The position numbers and the translations under genes were made by a program. Under the pieces are notes generated by a model that saw nothing but the letters and a program-made list of their open reading frames with translations, had not been told where the DNA came from and made no database searches. From contig CM106586.1 of NCBI GenBank assembly GCA_048013815.1, forward strand, positions 11,718,001 to 11,782,000: 64,000 nt of DNA. Direction: 5' to 3'. Source of the stretch: Setoptus koraiensis (taxonomy: Eukaryota; Animalia; Arthropoda). Shown piece by piece: positions 1-11,738 of the stretch (the stretch's first letter is position 1; each line of letters begins with the position of its first letter).

Positions 1-476
1 TTCCATCCGAGAGAGACCTTTTCAGCCATATCCTATTTTCAAGAATCGAAGACCAAAAATAAAAACACTCTAAAATGAGACAACCCCTTATTGCGCAATT
101 TTTGCGTTCTCGTGATCTTGAATAGAGCGAAAAATGTGCAAATCGTGTATATCGTCTGCAATGCTTATCACATTGGAATCGATGTATTCAAGTCAATGAA
201 TCGTATACTACTATTATTGTGATGCGCGGCGCTTGGCGGGATAGGTAGAATTCTGTCGATCATGTTCCCAAAATCCGATATCATCTAAATAGAGATACTA
301 GGCAGAACGGCAGTGGTTGGAGCTAGCGGGACATTCACTGACATTCGACTTTTAAAATCAGATTCATACTGATATGCTAAATCATGTTGTTTCCATCAAA
401 AACCTTGTAGAGAGGTTCACCGGCAAAAACAAATAAGAAATTTTTCATTTATTGGTAACGTACGTTTCGATCGGTT

Positions 477-2549
477 ATGAGTGAAAAGAAACATCGAGTC
501 TTTATAGATAGTGAGCCAACAAGTGCCACAGACAAAGTGAAATGGAACGCATTTACAAGCATTCACTCTAAAAATAGCGTCAAAGACCTCATTCGTTTAT
601 GTCACCAACAAAAAAATGGCCATTCTATTTTACAAAAACCAGACAGCAGAGGCCTCTTTCCGATTCATTGGGCCTCAATAAACAATCGACCTGACATGAT
701 TGAATACATGATCTTGCATAAAATTCCAAGGGATCTCGCCTGCCGTGACGATAGCCTGCATGGAGCCCGACCATTGCACTTAGCCGCTCTCAATGGATCC
801 ATTGAAGCTGCTTCATCGTTATTATTGAGTGGCCAGGTCAACAAAGACACGGATACCATGGCCAAGAGCATAATATCTATAATTGATAGTCTTGATTCAG
901 TTGGCCAGACAGCACTCATGCGATGCGCCATTAGTAGAAGTAGTAGCAGCGATTTATGCCCTGATTTTCTCACAGGCAGGAACACCTGGTCTCTTGGAGC
1001 AAGGCCCTCTCAAATGGCGTTGTATCTCATGGTGATGGGAGCAGATTGGCGAATCGTTGACATTCGAACAGGCTTCAACTTGATGCACTTAGCCGTCATC
1101 AACGATTGCCCAGATATAGTCCATTTGTTGTTGGCCATTGATGATAGCCTTGCCAATATGCACAGTGATGCGCCTGTCCACCGATCAAGCAACGGTGCAC
1201 AATTCAATCAAATACATTTAGTTGATGATGATTCGGACACAATAAAAACATTTGACTACTCGACTTTGCTAGGTGGTAGACACAATAGGCTAAAAAGTAA
1301 AAAGTTACAATTAGAGAAGGTGGAGCGCCCTTTGCTGCCCTTTGATTTGGCAATTATTTACAAGCGACCCTATATCTTAAGATTGCTGTGGAAAACAACG
1401 GATCTGAGCAAGTCTGTCATTTACAAGAGGCTGCTTGTCCATAGCAGTTATATGAATAGCAAGCGCACTAGGAACAAATCAGCAGATACTAGTGAATCTA
1501 ATTCGGATGAAATGAATAATCTGATTTTTAGAACTTATTTAACTAGCAGAAAAGAATCAGTTAAATTGTTAAGGTTCCACATAACACGATTCATATTAAT
1601 TATAGAATTGTTATTGGCTGCGCTATGGTGGTATCCCAAATACATGACTGCTTTTTTGAAAGATTCAACGAATGGTGGCAATCACTGGCTTTCGCATGCC
1701 ACATTCATGCTAACGTCGTCGCTCACAATTCTTTTTGGTTGTCGGACAAGTTTTAAAGATCCCGGCTACTTGAAACGTAACACAATACAGTATTTAAATG
1801 AGCTTATTGTGTTGATAAAACGAAATCCTTGTTTTAAAAAGAAACAATTGCATGCCATCGAGGACAACACTAGCGAAACGTTGAAAACGACAAGTAAAAA
1901 CAACAAAAATAATCAACAAATGAATGAAAATGACAGAGAAAGTATTCCAATCGAGCAAAGAGTCAAGTTATTGTGTCATTGGTGCAAATGTTTGAAAAAG
2001 CCCAGAAGTAGACATTGTAATCACTGCAATCACTGTGTACAAGATTTTGATCATCATTGTATGTATATAAATAGCTGCATTGGTAAAGAGAATCGTTTCG
2101 ATTTTTTAATCACATGCATAATGTTAACATTGACAAGCATCTATGGCACATTCATATTGAATGGAACTCAAAGAAAGAACTGGTTCGACTTTTTGTGGAT
2201 GGCCAAGTTTATACCCATCGCTGGATGGAAAACTTTTTGTACTCTTAGAAGAGCCTGTTTAGGTATAAGCCAATATGAAGAGATTAGATATCGGAAAATG
2301 AAGGGCTATCCTGTAGCTGTTGTGAGCAACATAGAACAAACAAAGGGTAATCGATTGTCAGGTCAATTAGACAGAGACAATGAAATGTTTTATCGCGAAC
2401 CCACAGGACGTCAGAGTAAAATAAGTACAAACTTAGGCGAATTCGCCAATTTCCGTTCTTTGAAACAGTATCTGCACCTCATTCTGTTCGAATCAGGGCC
2501 AAATCATTCAATTAATGATAGTGACATTAATATCTACAAATACGTGTAA
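477..2549 (+). CDS. ZDHHC17: Ankyrin-repeat DHHC palmitoyltransferase (ZDHHC17/13, Hip14/Akr1 type), intronless, 690 aa
   Basis: N-terminal ankyrin motifs (GLFPIHWAS, GARPLHLAA, GQTALMRCA, GFNLMHLAV), TM helices, and a complete DHHC-CRD (CHWCKCLKKPRSRHCNHCNHCVQDFDHHCMYINSCIGKEN). Family is clear; exact orthology (ZDHHC17 vs 13/Patsas) is not resolved. Confidence 0.9.
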   Translation: MSEKKHRVFIDSEPTSATDKVKWNAFTSIHSKNSVKDLIRLCHQQKNGHSILQKPDSRGLFPIHWASINNRPDMIEYMILHKIPRDLACRDDSLHGARPLHLAALNGSIEAASSLLLSGQVNKDTDTMAKSIISIIDSLDSVGQTALMRCAISRSSSSDLCPDFLTGRNTWSLGARPSQMALYLMVMGADWRIVDIRTGFNLMHLAVINDCPDIVHLLLAIDDSLANMHSDAPVHRSSNGAQFNQIHLVDDDSDTIKTFDYSTLLGGRHNRLKSKKLQLEKVERPLLPFDLAIIYKRPYILRLLWKTTDLSKSVIYKRLLVHSSYMNSKRTRNKSADTSESNSDEMNNLIFRTYLTSRKESVKLLRFHITRFILIIELLLAALWWYPKYMTAFLKDSTNGGNHWLSHATFMLTSSLTILFGCRTSFKDPGYLKRNTIQYLNELIVLIKRNPCFKKKQLHAIEDNTSETLKTTSKNNKNNQQMNENDRESIPIEQRVKLLCHWCKCLKKPRSRHCNHCNHCVQDFDHHCMYINSCIGKENRFDFLITCIMLTLTSIYGTFILNGTQRKNWFDFLWMAKFIPIAGWKTFCTLRRACLGISQYEEIRYRKMKGYPVAVVSNIEQTKGNRLSGQLDRDNEMFYREPTGRQSKISTNLGEFANFRSLKQYLHLILFESGPNHSINDSDINIYKYV

Positions 2550-3232
2550 TCTGCGAGATGTGTTTTCAGCACAGTTGGACACAGTACCGATGGTACTGTA
2601 CCATTGTGTATGCTAGTAGAGAAAATGATAAATGGTTACATCATCGACAAATGCACATACAGGCGCTCATCGAAAGCAATTCATCTCAACGTTTCAGGCT
2701 ATCAGCTCATGCTTAATGAGAAATTGTTGAGATATGATTCTAAGGCGATTTGATAGCCACTGGTACAAAAGGCCACTAGATGAAGTCTTAGAGGAGGAGT
2801 CATGGCAACTAGAATTGGTCCAAGAAGCGTGTGTGTAACGAATTTTCAATGAGGATTGAACAACGACCAATGGAATCAAGTGGTTCGAGGTGGCGGAGGA
2901 AAAGGGCACTTGGAGCTTCGAAATTCGAGGTGACATGTAGTACCGCTGGCGGTAAGTTTAGATCGAAGAGGGGGGATCAGAGTGATTGCGCTTCACTTAG
3001 AACAGCGCGTGCTCCATCAAACACAATACACAATAAAACTTTAGCTAATCAGTAGCTGTAGGATCGGAGGATTGGATTGCTGGTTGCCGAAATTCATTGC
3101 AAATTCATTGACCGATTTTGTTGAATTGTTGCTTGTTTGTTTATACTAACTAGTTTTCATTTTATTTACATTACATTTACTAAGTAAGTTTTCTACCACG
3201 AACGAGCGAGCTCATGACAACTGCAGTCCAAG

Positions 3233-4168
3233 ATGGCGCCCACAACGGATGCACAAATCCATTTAGATGCCACACCTGGGACAAATATTGGCGAAGAACA
3301 CAATAATGCTGATAATCACCAACTCATTAATAGTAATAGCTATGCATCATTTGATAACTTTCTGATGGCCAACAGGCTAGAACGTGACGCCACTATCAGG
3401 AGCTACCAAAATACTATAAGTAATACCTCTGAGCCATGTGGTGAATGTTTTGTGAATATAAACACCTTAACATTCAGTCTAGCAATATTAACTGTGATAA
3501 TAATGCTGATGGAAATCTGCTACACATGCTATTTTTTCAGACGCTACCTCAAGCCTATCATAGACCAATATCCAGTTCATCCTGCCGGGGCCTTGGAGCA
3601 TAGAAGGAAGCCCATTTTAACTGAGCCACGTCAATTGATCGCTGCGGACACCCCGATGATGAGCATCAACACAATGTCGACTGAACATCAATCGTTGTCT
3701 AAGGACTCCGATACTGGCCAAAATATTATGACAGCCACGACATTGAATAGGAGATTATTCAGATCAGCAAAATCGGTGAAATCAGCAAAGTCGGCAAAGT
3801 CAGCAAAGTCGGCAAAGTCTGCAAAGTCGACAAAGTCTGCAAAGTCTGCAAAGTCTGCAAAGTCTGCAAAGTCGGCAAGGTCGACAAAGTCGGCGAAATT
3901 AATGAAATTGACCAACACTCCCAGTCCGCAAATGAAATCACGAAAGACAATACCGAAGAAGAGATCGAAGTCATTGAGAAAGTTTGTTACATTGGTTGAG
4001 AACAAGTCGTTGCCGGATACACGACCGCCACATTTGCAACCTGGCATCAATCTAGAAGGCCAAGAATCAACAGGAACGAACTATTACACTGAGATCGCAC
4101 CCAAGAATGTCAAGTCAATATCTCAGTATGAGTTAATGCGTCAAAAAAAAACACTGTCCCCTAATTAA
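3233..4168 (+). CDS. Single-pass membrane protein with basic (K/R)S(A/T/V) repeat tail, 311 aa, unknown function
   Basis: ATG-initiated ORF; hydrophobic segment LTFSLAILTVIIMLMEICYTCYFF followed by RR; 15 tripeptide repeats; its C-terminal half is kept in frame in the duplicate. Confidence 0.7.
   Translation: MAPTTDAQIHLDATPGTNIGEEHNNADNHQLINSNSYASFDNFLMANRLERDATIRSYQNTISNTSEPCGECFVNINTLTFSLAILTVIIMLMEICYTCYFFRRYLKPIIDQYPVHPAGALEHRRKPILTEPRQLIAADTPMMSINTMSTEHQSLSKDSDTGQNIMTATTLNRRLFRSAKSVKSAKSAKSAKSAKSAKSTKSAKSAKSAKSAKSARSTKSAKLMKLTNTPSPQMKSRKTIPKKRSKSLRKFVTLVENKSLPDTRPPHLQPGINLEGQESTGTNYYTEIAPKNVKSISQYELMRQKKTLSPN
3761..3898 (+). repeat. Coding 9-bp tandem repeat (AAGTCNGCA), 15 units
   Basis: Read directly; 14 units in the duplicate at ~11331-11459. 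Confidence 0.9.
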
Positions 4169-5411
4169 CACGTAAACAGAGAATGTGAATATCAGTGTGA
4201 CACGATGATGTAACATCTTATCTCGACTGTCTATCACATGTCCGTAATTTTGTCATTCAACAGCAGCCGAGCCATAGAGAATAGGGTAATGGAGGTGTGG
4301 GGCCATCGGTTGGTGGTGTCCAGACTAACTTGCTTCCAACAAATATCGGTTGTAAGATATAAGTGAAAGAAAAAAAGTGCCACGAATCGGCACTCGTTTT
4401 CTGTTCTGACGACCACGATCATTAGATAGTAGGGAGGTTGCGAACGTAGATCTTCATATTTTTGAGGAGAAATGTCACGATATCGGTCACAATATTGGTC
4501 ACACTTTTTTTCTCGTCAGCTGAAATTTTTCTTTTTCTTTTGTTTTCAAGAGATTTGGAAGACTGAGGCAGAACTGGGCAGTAGCAAATCAACAGCACCG
4601 ACCTAAGATCTCCTCACGCCGGTTCACTGACTGAGAGGTCTGTTGTACAAATTCACTTATTCATCCAGTACAATGAAGCCAGAATAGATAAAATACAACT
4701 TTATGAATGGGCAGAAGGCGTTCAATACTCATGCTGAAAGGATGGAATTGTGCAAGATGACATGTTCAAACCGAAAATGGCAAAGATGAATCATCCAAGA
4801 TAGTGGCTGTTCAAAAACGTCCAAATTATCTAACTTTCTCTCAATTCTATGAATAAATAAATATCTACCTTTATCACAAGATCAATTGTGCCAATCGATA
4901 ATCAACCAAAAGCACATCAATGCATGGTCTAATCTGGTTCGATCTGCGTCAGTTGAGACCAACCACTCTCATCGACTTAATGAGGATAGAAACGACAGAT
5001 GCAACATGCATGCAGTGATACAGTGTAATGCAAACTGACAGCTTTTAGTACAACTGTGCTCGTGCATGAAAGTAGAACAGAGACTTTGACACACAACCAT
5101 TTTAACTTTCACCTGGTGTATTGCGGAACACTACGTCACGCGCTCAAGTTCATCTGCAACAAGCTATTCGAGATTTCACATTCACTTCATCAGGCTTCAT
5201 TTTTGTTGATTTGATGACTTTAACACCACCGACGAGTAAAGAATTGACGTCTCTTGCAAGTTGCTTGTATCATCAGTTGCAACAAAAAATCATCCCTCCT
5301 ATCTACTGAAAACAGCCGGATACAGCAATAGCGCCCAGGACAATACCAAAGTTATTAATCGAGTCATCTGCCAGTTTAGGTAGAGTCAAGGGTTCGCCTT
5401 GTGCGCTCACG

Positions 5412-5603
5412 ATGGGTGGTATAAATTTATTTGGCGAGCAAAAAAACGACGAAAGAATAGCGTGCTACTCAGAAACGATCACACCGACTGATTGTGGCTG
5501 CTTAACTCATATGATCAAGTACATCATGTATATCACGATGGGGGCGAACTTTTTGTGTTACACGGCGTTATTTTCTATCATTCTGATTAAGGCTCTAAGA
5601 TGA
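5412..5603 (+). CDS. Small single-TM ORF, type A (63 aa)
   Basis: ACGATGG start, PTDCGC motif, C-terminal TM (GANFLCYTALFSIILIKALR); frame, start and stop conserved with the diverged paralog at 8268. Confidence 0.5.
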   Translation: MGGINLFGEQKNDERIACYSETITPTDCGCLTHMIKYIMYITMGANFLCYTALFSIILIKALR

Positions 5604-6522
5604 GTGAATGTATTGACGAGGCAACGCTCTCAACTTTGATCATAGGACTATTTTATATCGGGTGAATCAATGATTGGCGTATCCGAATAACATCAGAAAA
5701 CCACTATGAATAACCACTATGATGTTCTAATAAGGTAGAGAGTTATTCAAGTATGCATGTGGCATGACCACATGATATGTTGATAAAATAAAATTTTTCT
5801 AATAAAAATGCTTACATGTATCATGACCAAATTAAGTTCCATTATTTCTTGATTGATGGAAACATATATTTTGAACGACAGGCTTCACTGAAAGATACGT
5901 AATGTCTCTAACAATTGGCATTAACATTACTTTAGTCGTGGATATAGTTTCAATCGAGGCAAGAGAAATCAGACCAAAGAGCTTCCCATGTCGGACTTGA
6001 ACTCACAAGTCAGTCAGTTCGTTGTCAGTTTGTGCTGTGACGATCATTATGACGTCACTATGTCAAAATAAAAGACTAACTTCGAGGCATCAGGTAAGTC
6101 AGACGATCTCCATCTACTAGTTGGATGATAACCTTAGTTCAATCAGTATTAACAGCCCCATGAGTTCAGACGCACATCAAGTACTTTATTAATCTGTATA
6201 TCAACGATTGAAATTAGTGAATTAATATCCGAGTAGGTTGATCAGGATTGCATTCTCATCCTCATCAGCTGAATGAAATTATAAAAGATGACATGCAAAT
6301 CGGCTGCTTCTATTACGCCCGAGCTCGTGCATGAAAGTAGAAGAGGAAACTGAATGAGACTTTGACACACAACCATTCTAACTTTCATTTCTTACATTTG
6401 ACTTGAAATTGAGGCGAATATCCCGCACAAATCACAATTGTTTGGTCAGGATCCATCGAATGAATGATATTTTTTCTATGGTGATTGAAGGAATAGTTAT
6501 TATATATTGAAATTATAGAGCC

Positions 6523-6942
6523 ATGTATCCCCCGAGATGCATCGAATCAGAATACTGGAGACAGTATCCTCTTTTATACAGAAATTATTCAATACTTGTA
6601 GATCCTTTTAATAGATTCAAGGAAAAAATGCTGTCCGTAGTGTCTGGATGTGATCGTCAATTGAATCAATGTCTTGAAGATTCCCTAAACCTGGATTTTG
6701 ACACTTTCGATGTTCCATCGTCTTGGTTTGGAAATTATGCATTTATCATGAGGAAAATGAACGAGAGTAATTGCTCCTCGCATTGCAGCACGCACTGGAT
6801 CATGATTGCATTGGGTATGATCTTCTTCTTTATTGGTATAGCGATGATCTTTGTGGTTTCAAAAAATATAGGCAAACGTGGAAAAAAACAAGTTGAAATT
6901 GCGACTAGAAACGTTCCCACTCGTTTCCAGTTCTTGGGGTAG
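6523..6942 (+). CDS. Small Cys-containing single-TM protein, type B (139 aa)
   Basis: GCCATG start, NCSSHCSTHW motif, TM, basic tail, AATAAA at ~7055; intact paralog at 25819-26238. Confidence 0.65.
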   Translation: MYPPRCIESEYWRQYPLLYRNYSILVDPFNRFKEKMLSVVSGCDRQLNQCLEDSLNLDFDTFDVPSSWFGNYAFIMRKMNESNCSSHCSTHWIMIALGMIFFFIGIAMIFVVSKNIGKRGKKQVEIATRNVPTRFQFLG

Positions 6943-7151
6943 TAGCAGCAATAATTTTGGAGAAAAATCAGTTCGAAGCTCTATCAAGACTTGAAGCAAT
7001 GTATGAATGTCAACCATGAGATCAACTCGATCGAAACTCTTTGTCTCTGCATAGAATAAAACGTAACCACCTTAATTTTTTGAATACTCTTGGTGTGCTA
7101 GCTCATTCATCATAGTGACAGATAGAGCTAACTTGATTATCGAGCAGATCC

Positions 7152-7345
7152 ATGTATGTTCGAAAATATCTCGGGAAAATGAACGAAAGTAATTGCTCCT
7201 CGCATTGCAGAACGCACTGGATCATGATTGCAGTGGGTATGGTCTTCTCTTCATTGGTATGGCGATGATCTCTGTGGTTTCAACCTATATAGGCAAACGT
7301 GAAAAAAAACGAGGTGAAACCACTCGTTTCCCGTTCTTTAAGTAG
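7152..7345 (+). pseudogene. 5'-truncated, frameshifted tandem duplicate of the type B gene
   Basis: Matches the C-terminal half and 3' UTR of 6523-6942; 1-bp deletion near 7250 (TTCTCTTCATT vs TTCCTCTTCATT in copy 2) gives a stop at 7266-7268. Confidence 0.65.
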
Positions 7346-7442
7346 TAGCAGCTACAATTTTGAAGAAAAATCATCAGTTCGAAGCTCTTTAAGACTTGAA
7401 GCAATATATGAATGTCAACCATGAGATCAACTCGATTGAAAC

Positions 7443-7499
7443 TCCTCTCTCTCTATCTCTCTTGCTCTCTCTCTCTCTCTTCTCTCTCTCTCCTCTCTT
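7443..7499. repeat. Imperfect (CT)n microsatellite (counterpart at ~26761-26790)
   Basis: Read directly. Confidence 0.8.
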
Positions 7500-8267
7500 G
7501 CGTAGAATAAAACGTAACCACCTTAACTTTTTGGAACTACCCTTGGTGTGCTAGATCATTCATCATAGTGACAGATAGAGATAATTTATTATCAAAGTCC
7601 ATGTATTAGCCGACAAAGAAAAAAAAACAAAGGACAATGAGCACTGAACTAAAGTGACACGCCGATCCAGAAAAATGCTGTATCTTGATGCCACTTGTTC
7701 GAGCATGTTGTCAAGAGACCTTGCGATGTGATAGTTCAAACATGAAGAAATGGGTCATTGTGACTCAAACACACGAGTGGAATCGGTGAACTCGTATCAG
7801 AGTGAGTTGGTTAGAATCGCAATTGCACTCCCATCAGCTTTATCGGGATAGAACAGATAAATGTAAAATGCATGCAGTGGTAATGCAAATCTACAGTTTC
7901 TATTATATCAGTGCTCGCGCATGAAAAAAGAAGAGAGACTTTGACACACAACCATTTTAACTTTCAACTGGTGTATTGCAGAACACTTACGTCACGCGCT
8001 CAAGTCTATCTGCAACAAACAATTCGAGATTACATTTTTCGCTTCATCAGGCTTCCTAGTTGCTATAGCAACTTTCACAACACAGATGGACAGAAACTCA
8101 ACATCGCTTCCAAATTGCTTGTATCATCCATCGATGCAACAGAAAATTCAACTCTTCTATCTCCCAGAAATTATCAGACACAACAAAAGCACGAGGGACA
8201 ATATCGGAGTTATTAATTGAGTCATCACCAGTCTAACATACAATCAAGCTGTCGCCTTGCATACACC

Positions 8268-8426
8268 ATGGACGATATTACAGGAACAAAATGCCACGCA
8301 GAACTAATTAGCCCGACTGACTGTGGGTGCGAGATACGATATCTGTTTAGGTATATCATGTTTGGAGCGAACTTTTTGTGTTACACGGCTTTGTTTTATA
8401 TCATTCTGATTAAGGCTCTGAGATGA
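8268..8426 (+). CDS. Small single-TM ORF, type A' (52 aa from the ATG)
   Basis: ACCATGG start; MDDITGTKCHAELISPTDCGC...GANFLCYTALFYIILIKALR; paralog of 5412-5603. Confidence 0.5.
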   Translation: MDDITGTKCHAELISPTDCGCEIRYLFRYIMFGANFLCYTALFYIILIKALR

Positions 8427-9267
8427 GTGAATGTATTGACAAGGCAACGCTCTCAACTATGATCATAGGACAATTTTCAATTGGATGAATTTAATGATTG
8501 GCATATCTGAATAACATCGGAAAACCACTATGAATAATAAGGCTGATGTTCTAATTAGGTAATGAATTATTCAAGTATGCATGTTGTCATGATATGTTGA
8601 TAAAATGTCGGAGAGAAGTCAATCTAATAAAAATGCTAACATGTATCATGACCAGATTTCCATTATTTCTTGATTGATGGAACCCTATGTTATGAATGAC
8701 AAGCTTCACTGATAGATACGTAATGTCAATATACATGTCTGTATACATTGGCATTAACATTACTTTAGTCGTAGATATAGTGTCAATCGAGGCAAGAGAG
8801 ATCAGACTAAAGAGCTTCTTTTGTCGGACTTGAACTCAGTTAGTTCCGTGACGATCATTATATCAGTACTTTATTAATCTGTATATCAACGATTGAAATT
8901 GGCATGTATCAGAGTAAGTTGATCAGGATTGCATTCTCATCCTCATCAGCTGAATGAAATTATAAAAGATGACATGCAAATCGGCTGCTTCTATTACGCC
9001 CGAGCTCGTGCATGAAAGTAGAAGAGGAAACTGAATGAGACTTTGACACACAACCATTCTAACTTTCATTTCTTACATTTGACTTGAAATTGAGGCGAAT
9101 ATTAGAAAATCTCGCATAAATAACAATTGTTTGGTCAGGATCCGTCGAATAATATTTTTGCATGGTAATTGACGGAATGGTTATGATTTATTGAAATTTC
9201 AGATAATAACACACCTGTGAAACGCACACACGCAAGCACACACACAGACGGAGAGAGAGAGAGAGTC

Positions 9268-9705
9268 ATGTTCCCTCCAGTATGCTTAGAAAGGGAGTTA
9301 GATAGGATGGGGATTCTTTCATGGGATAATGAACCTCATTTTGCCGCAGGATGTAGCGGTTCCGAGATTTATGGATGTACTATAAAGAATGATACCGAAC
9401 AAAACATGAAAATTCGGAGGAAATACTTCCACGAATGTCTCAAAGAAATTGTTCCGCTCGTGGTACAAGAACATGCAAAACGGATTCTCACCGAAATTAA
9501 CATTTCCAATTGCAACTCGCATTGCAGCCCGAACTGGATCCTAGATGCATTGGTTGTTTTCTTATTCTTTATTGGTATAGCGATGATCATTCTTGTTTTA
9601 ATGTTTTTGGACAAACGTGGAGGAATGTTAAACGGATCCGAGAAAAATAACTCTCCCTCTTCATCCCGTTCTTCATCCCGTCCTCATAAGCGCTCGCATT
9701 CTTGA
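9268..9705 (+). CDS. Small Cys-containing single-TM protein, type C (145 aa from the ATG)
   Basis: MFPPVC start, NCNSHCSPNW motif shared with type B, TM LDALVVFLFFIGIAMIILVLMFL, Ser/Arg tail, AATAAA at ~9812. Confidence 0.65.
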   Translation: MFPPVCLERELDRMGILSWDNEPHFAAGCSGSEIYGCTIKNDTEQNMKIRRKYFHECLKEIVPLVVQEHAKRILTEINISNCNSHCSPNWILDALVVFLFFIGIAMIILVLMFLDKRGGMLNGSEKNNSPSSSRSSSRPHKRSHS

Positions 9706-10640
9706 AGAAAAAAATCGTCAGTTCGAAGCTCTTTCGAGACTGTATATAAATGAGCCAATATAAATGTCAATTACGAGATCAACTCGATTGAAACTCTTCG
9801 TCTTTGCACAGAATAAACCTTATTCATCTTAACTTTTGGAACACCCGTAGTGTGCTAAACGCAGATTGACACATACTGATGCATCAATAACCGTGCACTC
9901 CAGTCAACCTACAACAAACGATTCGAGATTTTATTTCTCGCGTCATTTCTGATCTAAGATCCGAACTTTTCCAGTGATACATGCGAAAAAAATACATCTA
10001 TCTAGCTTTGCATTTATCTGTTGATCTGGCGCTTGATTTTTGCCGACATAATGAGCCTTGGCTGCAATTTTCTATTTGATTTAACAGAGGTCGATGTGAG
10101 AAAAGATCCCTGATTCTTTAGATCCAACGGAAAATGCACTGAAAACACTGAGGTGTCTCGATAAATTTTACGTTTTTTCTCATCTTTTTCTTGTTAATTT
10201 GTTTTTCGATTGCTCATTCGATCTCACGCACGAAAGATGCGTGCACAAAAAGCGACCTCGAGCGGTTTTTCCCTGAACTGCGGCTGAAGGTATCGGCAGA
10301 TTTCCACACGGTATATCGTCTGCAATGCTTATCACATTGGAATCGATGTATTCAAGTCAATGAATCGTATACTACTATTATTGTGATGCGCGGCGCCTGG
10401 CGAGGTAAGTAGAATTCTGTCGATCATGTTCCCAAAATCCGATATCATCTAAATAGAGATACTAGGCAGAACGGCAGTGGTTGGAGCTAGCGGGACATTC
10501 ACTGACATTCGACTTTTAAAATCAGATTCATACTGATATGCTAAATCATGTTGTTTCCATCAAAAACCTTGTAGAGAGGTTCACCGGCAAAAACAAATAA
10601 GAAATTTTTCATTTATTGGTAACGTACGTTTCGATCGGTT

Positions 10641-11738
10641 ATGAGTGAAAAGAAACATCGAGTCTTTATAGATAGTGAGCCAACAAGTGCCACAGACAAA
10701 GTGAAATGGAACGCATTTACAAGCATTCACTCTAAAAATAGCGTCAAAGACCTCATTCGTTTATGTCACCAACAAAAAAATGGCCATTCTATTTTACAAA
10801 AACCAGACAGCAGAGGCCTCTTTCCGATTCATTGGGCCTCAATAAACAATCGACCTGACATGATTGAATACATGATCTTGCATAAAATTCCAAGGGATCT
10901 CGCCTGCCGTGACGATAGCCTGCATGGAGCCCGACCATTGCACTTAGCCGCTCTCAATGGATCCATTGAAGCTGCTTCATCGTTATTATTGAGTGGCCAG
11001 GTCAACAAAGACACGGATACCATGGCCAAGAGCATAATATCTATAATTGATAGTCTTGATTCAGTTGGCCAGACAGCACTCATGCGATGCGCCATTAGTA
11101 GAAGTAGTAGCAGCGATTTATGCCCTGATTTTCTCACAGGCAGGAACACCTGGTCTCTTGGAGCAAGGCCCTCTCAAATGGCGTTGTATCTCATGGTGAT
11201 GGGAGCAGATTGGCGAATCGTTGACATTCGAACAGGCTTCAACTTGATGCACTTAGCCGTCATCAACGATTGCCCAGATATAGTCCATTTGTTGTTACCG
11301 ACAGCCACGACATTGAATAGGAGATTATTCAGATCAGCAAAATCGGTGAAATCAGCAAAGTCGGCAAAGTCTGCAAAGTCGACAAAGTCTGCAAAGTCTG
11401 CAAAGTCTGCAAAGTCTGCAAAGTCGGCAAAGTCGGCAAGGTCGACAAAGTCGGCGAAATTAATGAAATTGACCAACACTCCCAGTCCGCAAATGAAATC
11501 ACGAAAGACAATACCGAAGAAATCGGTGAAGAGATCGAAGTCATTGAGAAAGTTTGTTACATTGGTTGAGCACAAGTCGTTGCCGGATACACGACCGCCA
11601 CATTTGCAACCTGGCATCAATCTAGAAGGCCAAGAATCAACAGGAACGAACTATTACACTGAGATCGCACCCAAGAATGTCAAGTCAATATCTCAGTATG
11701 AGTTAATGCGTCAAAAAAAAACACTGTCCCCTAATTAA
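10641..11738 (+). CDS. Chimeric ORF: ZDHHC ankyrin N-terminus fused in frame to the KSA-repeat tail (365 aa)
   Basis: First ~219 aa match 477-1132; sequence then switches to the equivalent of 3730 onward after a 3-nt insert (ACC, 11297-11299). Expression unknown. Confidence 0.75.
   Translation: MSEKKHRVFIDSEPTSATDKVKWNAFTSIHSKNSVKDLIRLCHQQKNGHSILQKPDSRGLFPIHWASINNRPDMIEYMILHKIPRDLACRDDSLHGARPLHLAALNGSIEAASSLLLSGQVNKDTDTMAKSIISIIDSLDSVGQTALMRCAISRSSSSDLCPDFLTGRNTWSLGARPSQMALYLMVMGADWRIVDIRTGFNLMHLAVINDCPDIVHLLLPTATTLNRRLFRSAKSVKSAKSAKSAKSTKSAKSAKSAKSAKSAKSARSTKSAKLMKLTNTPSPQMKSRKTIPKKSVKRSKSLRKFVTLVEHKSLPDTRPPHLQPGINLEGQESTGTNYYTEIAPKNVKSISQYELMRQKKTLSPN

Larger units (their letters stand above)
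146..8426 (+). repeat. Segmental duplication, copy 1 (uninterrupted reference copy)
   Basis: Sequence from GTATATCGTCTGCAATGC (~146) matches ~10311 onward; it carries the empty sites for the MITE (4728-4735) and the LTR element (~5388-5391). Boundaries approximate. Confidence 0.85.

Noticed and set aside
3688-4050. Minus-strand ORFs with DFA or TLQ repeats (also 11174-11620, 11329-11544)
   Set aside because: Antisense shadows of the stop-free KSA repeat.
5121-5603. Single frame interrupted by one TGA (5307-5309; also 13733-13735), suggesting read-through or selenocysteine
   Set aside because: The paralog at 7911-8267 has several frameshifts in the same stretch, there is no ATG upstream and no SECIS was recognised; better explained as UTR or decayed sequence.
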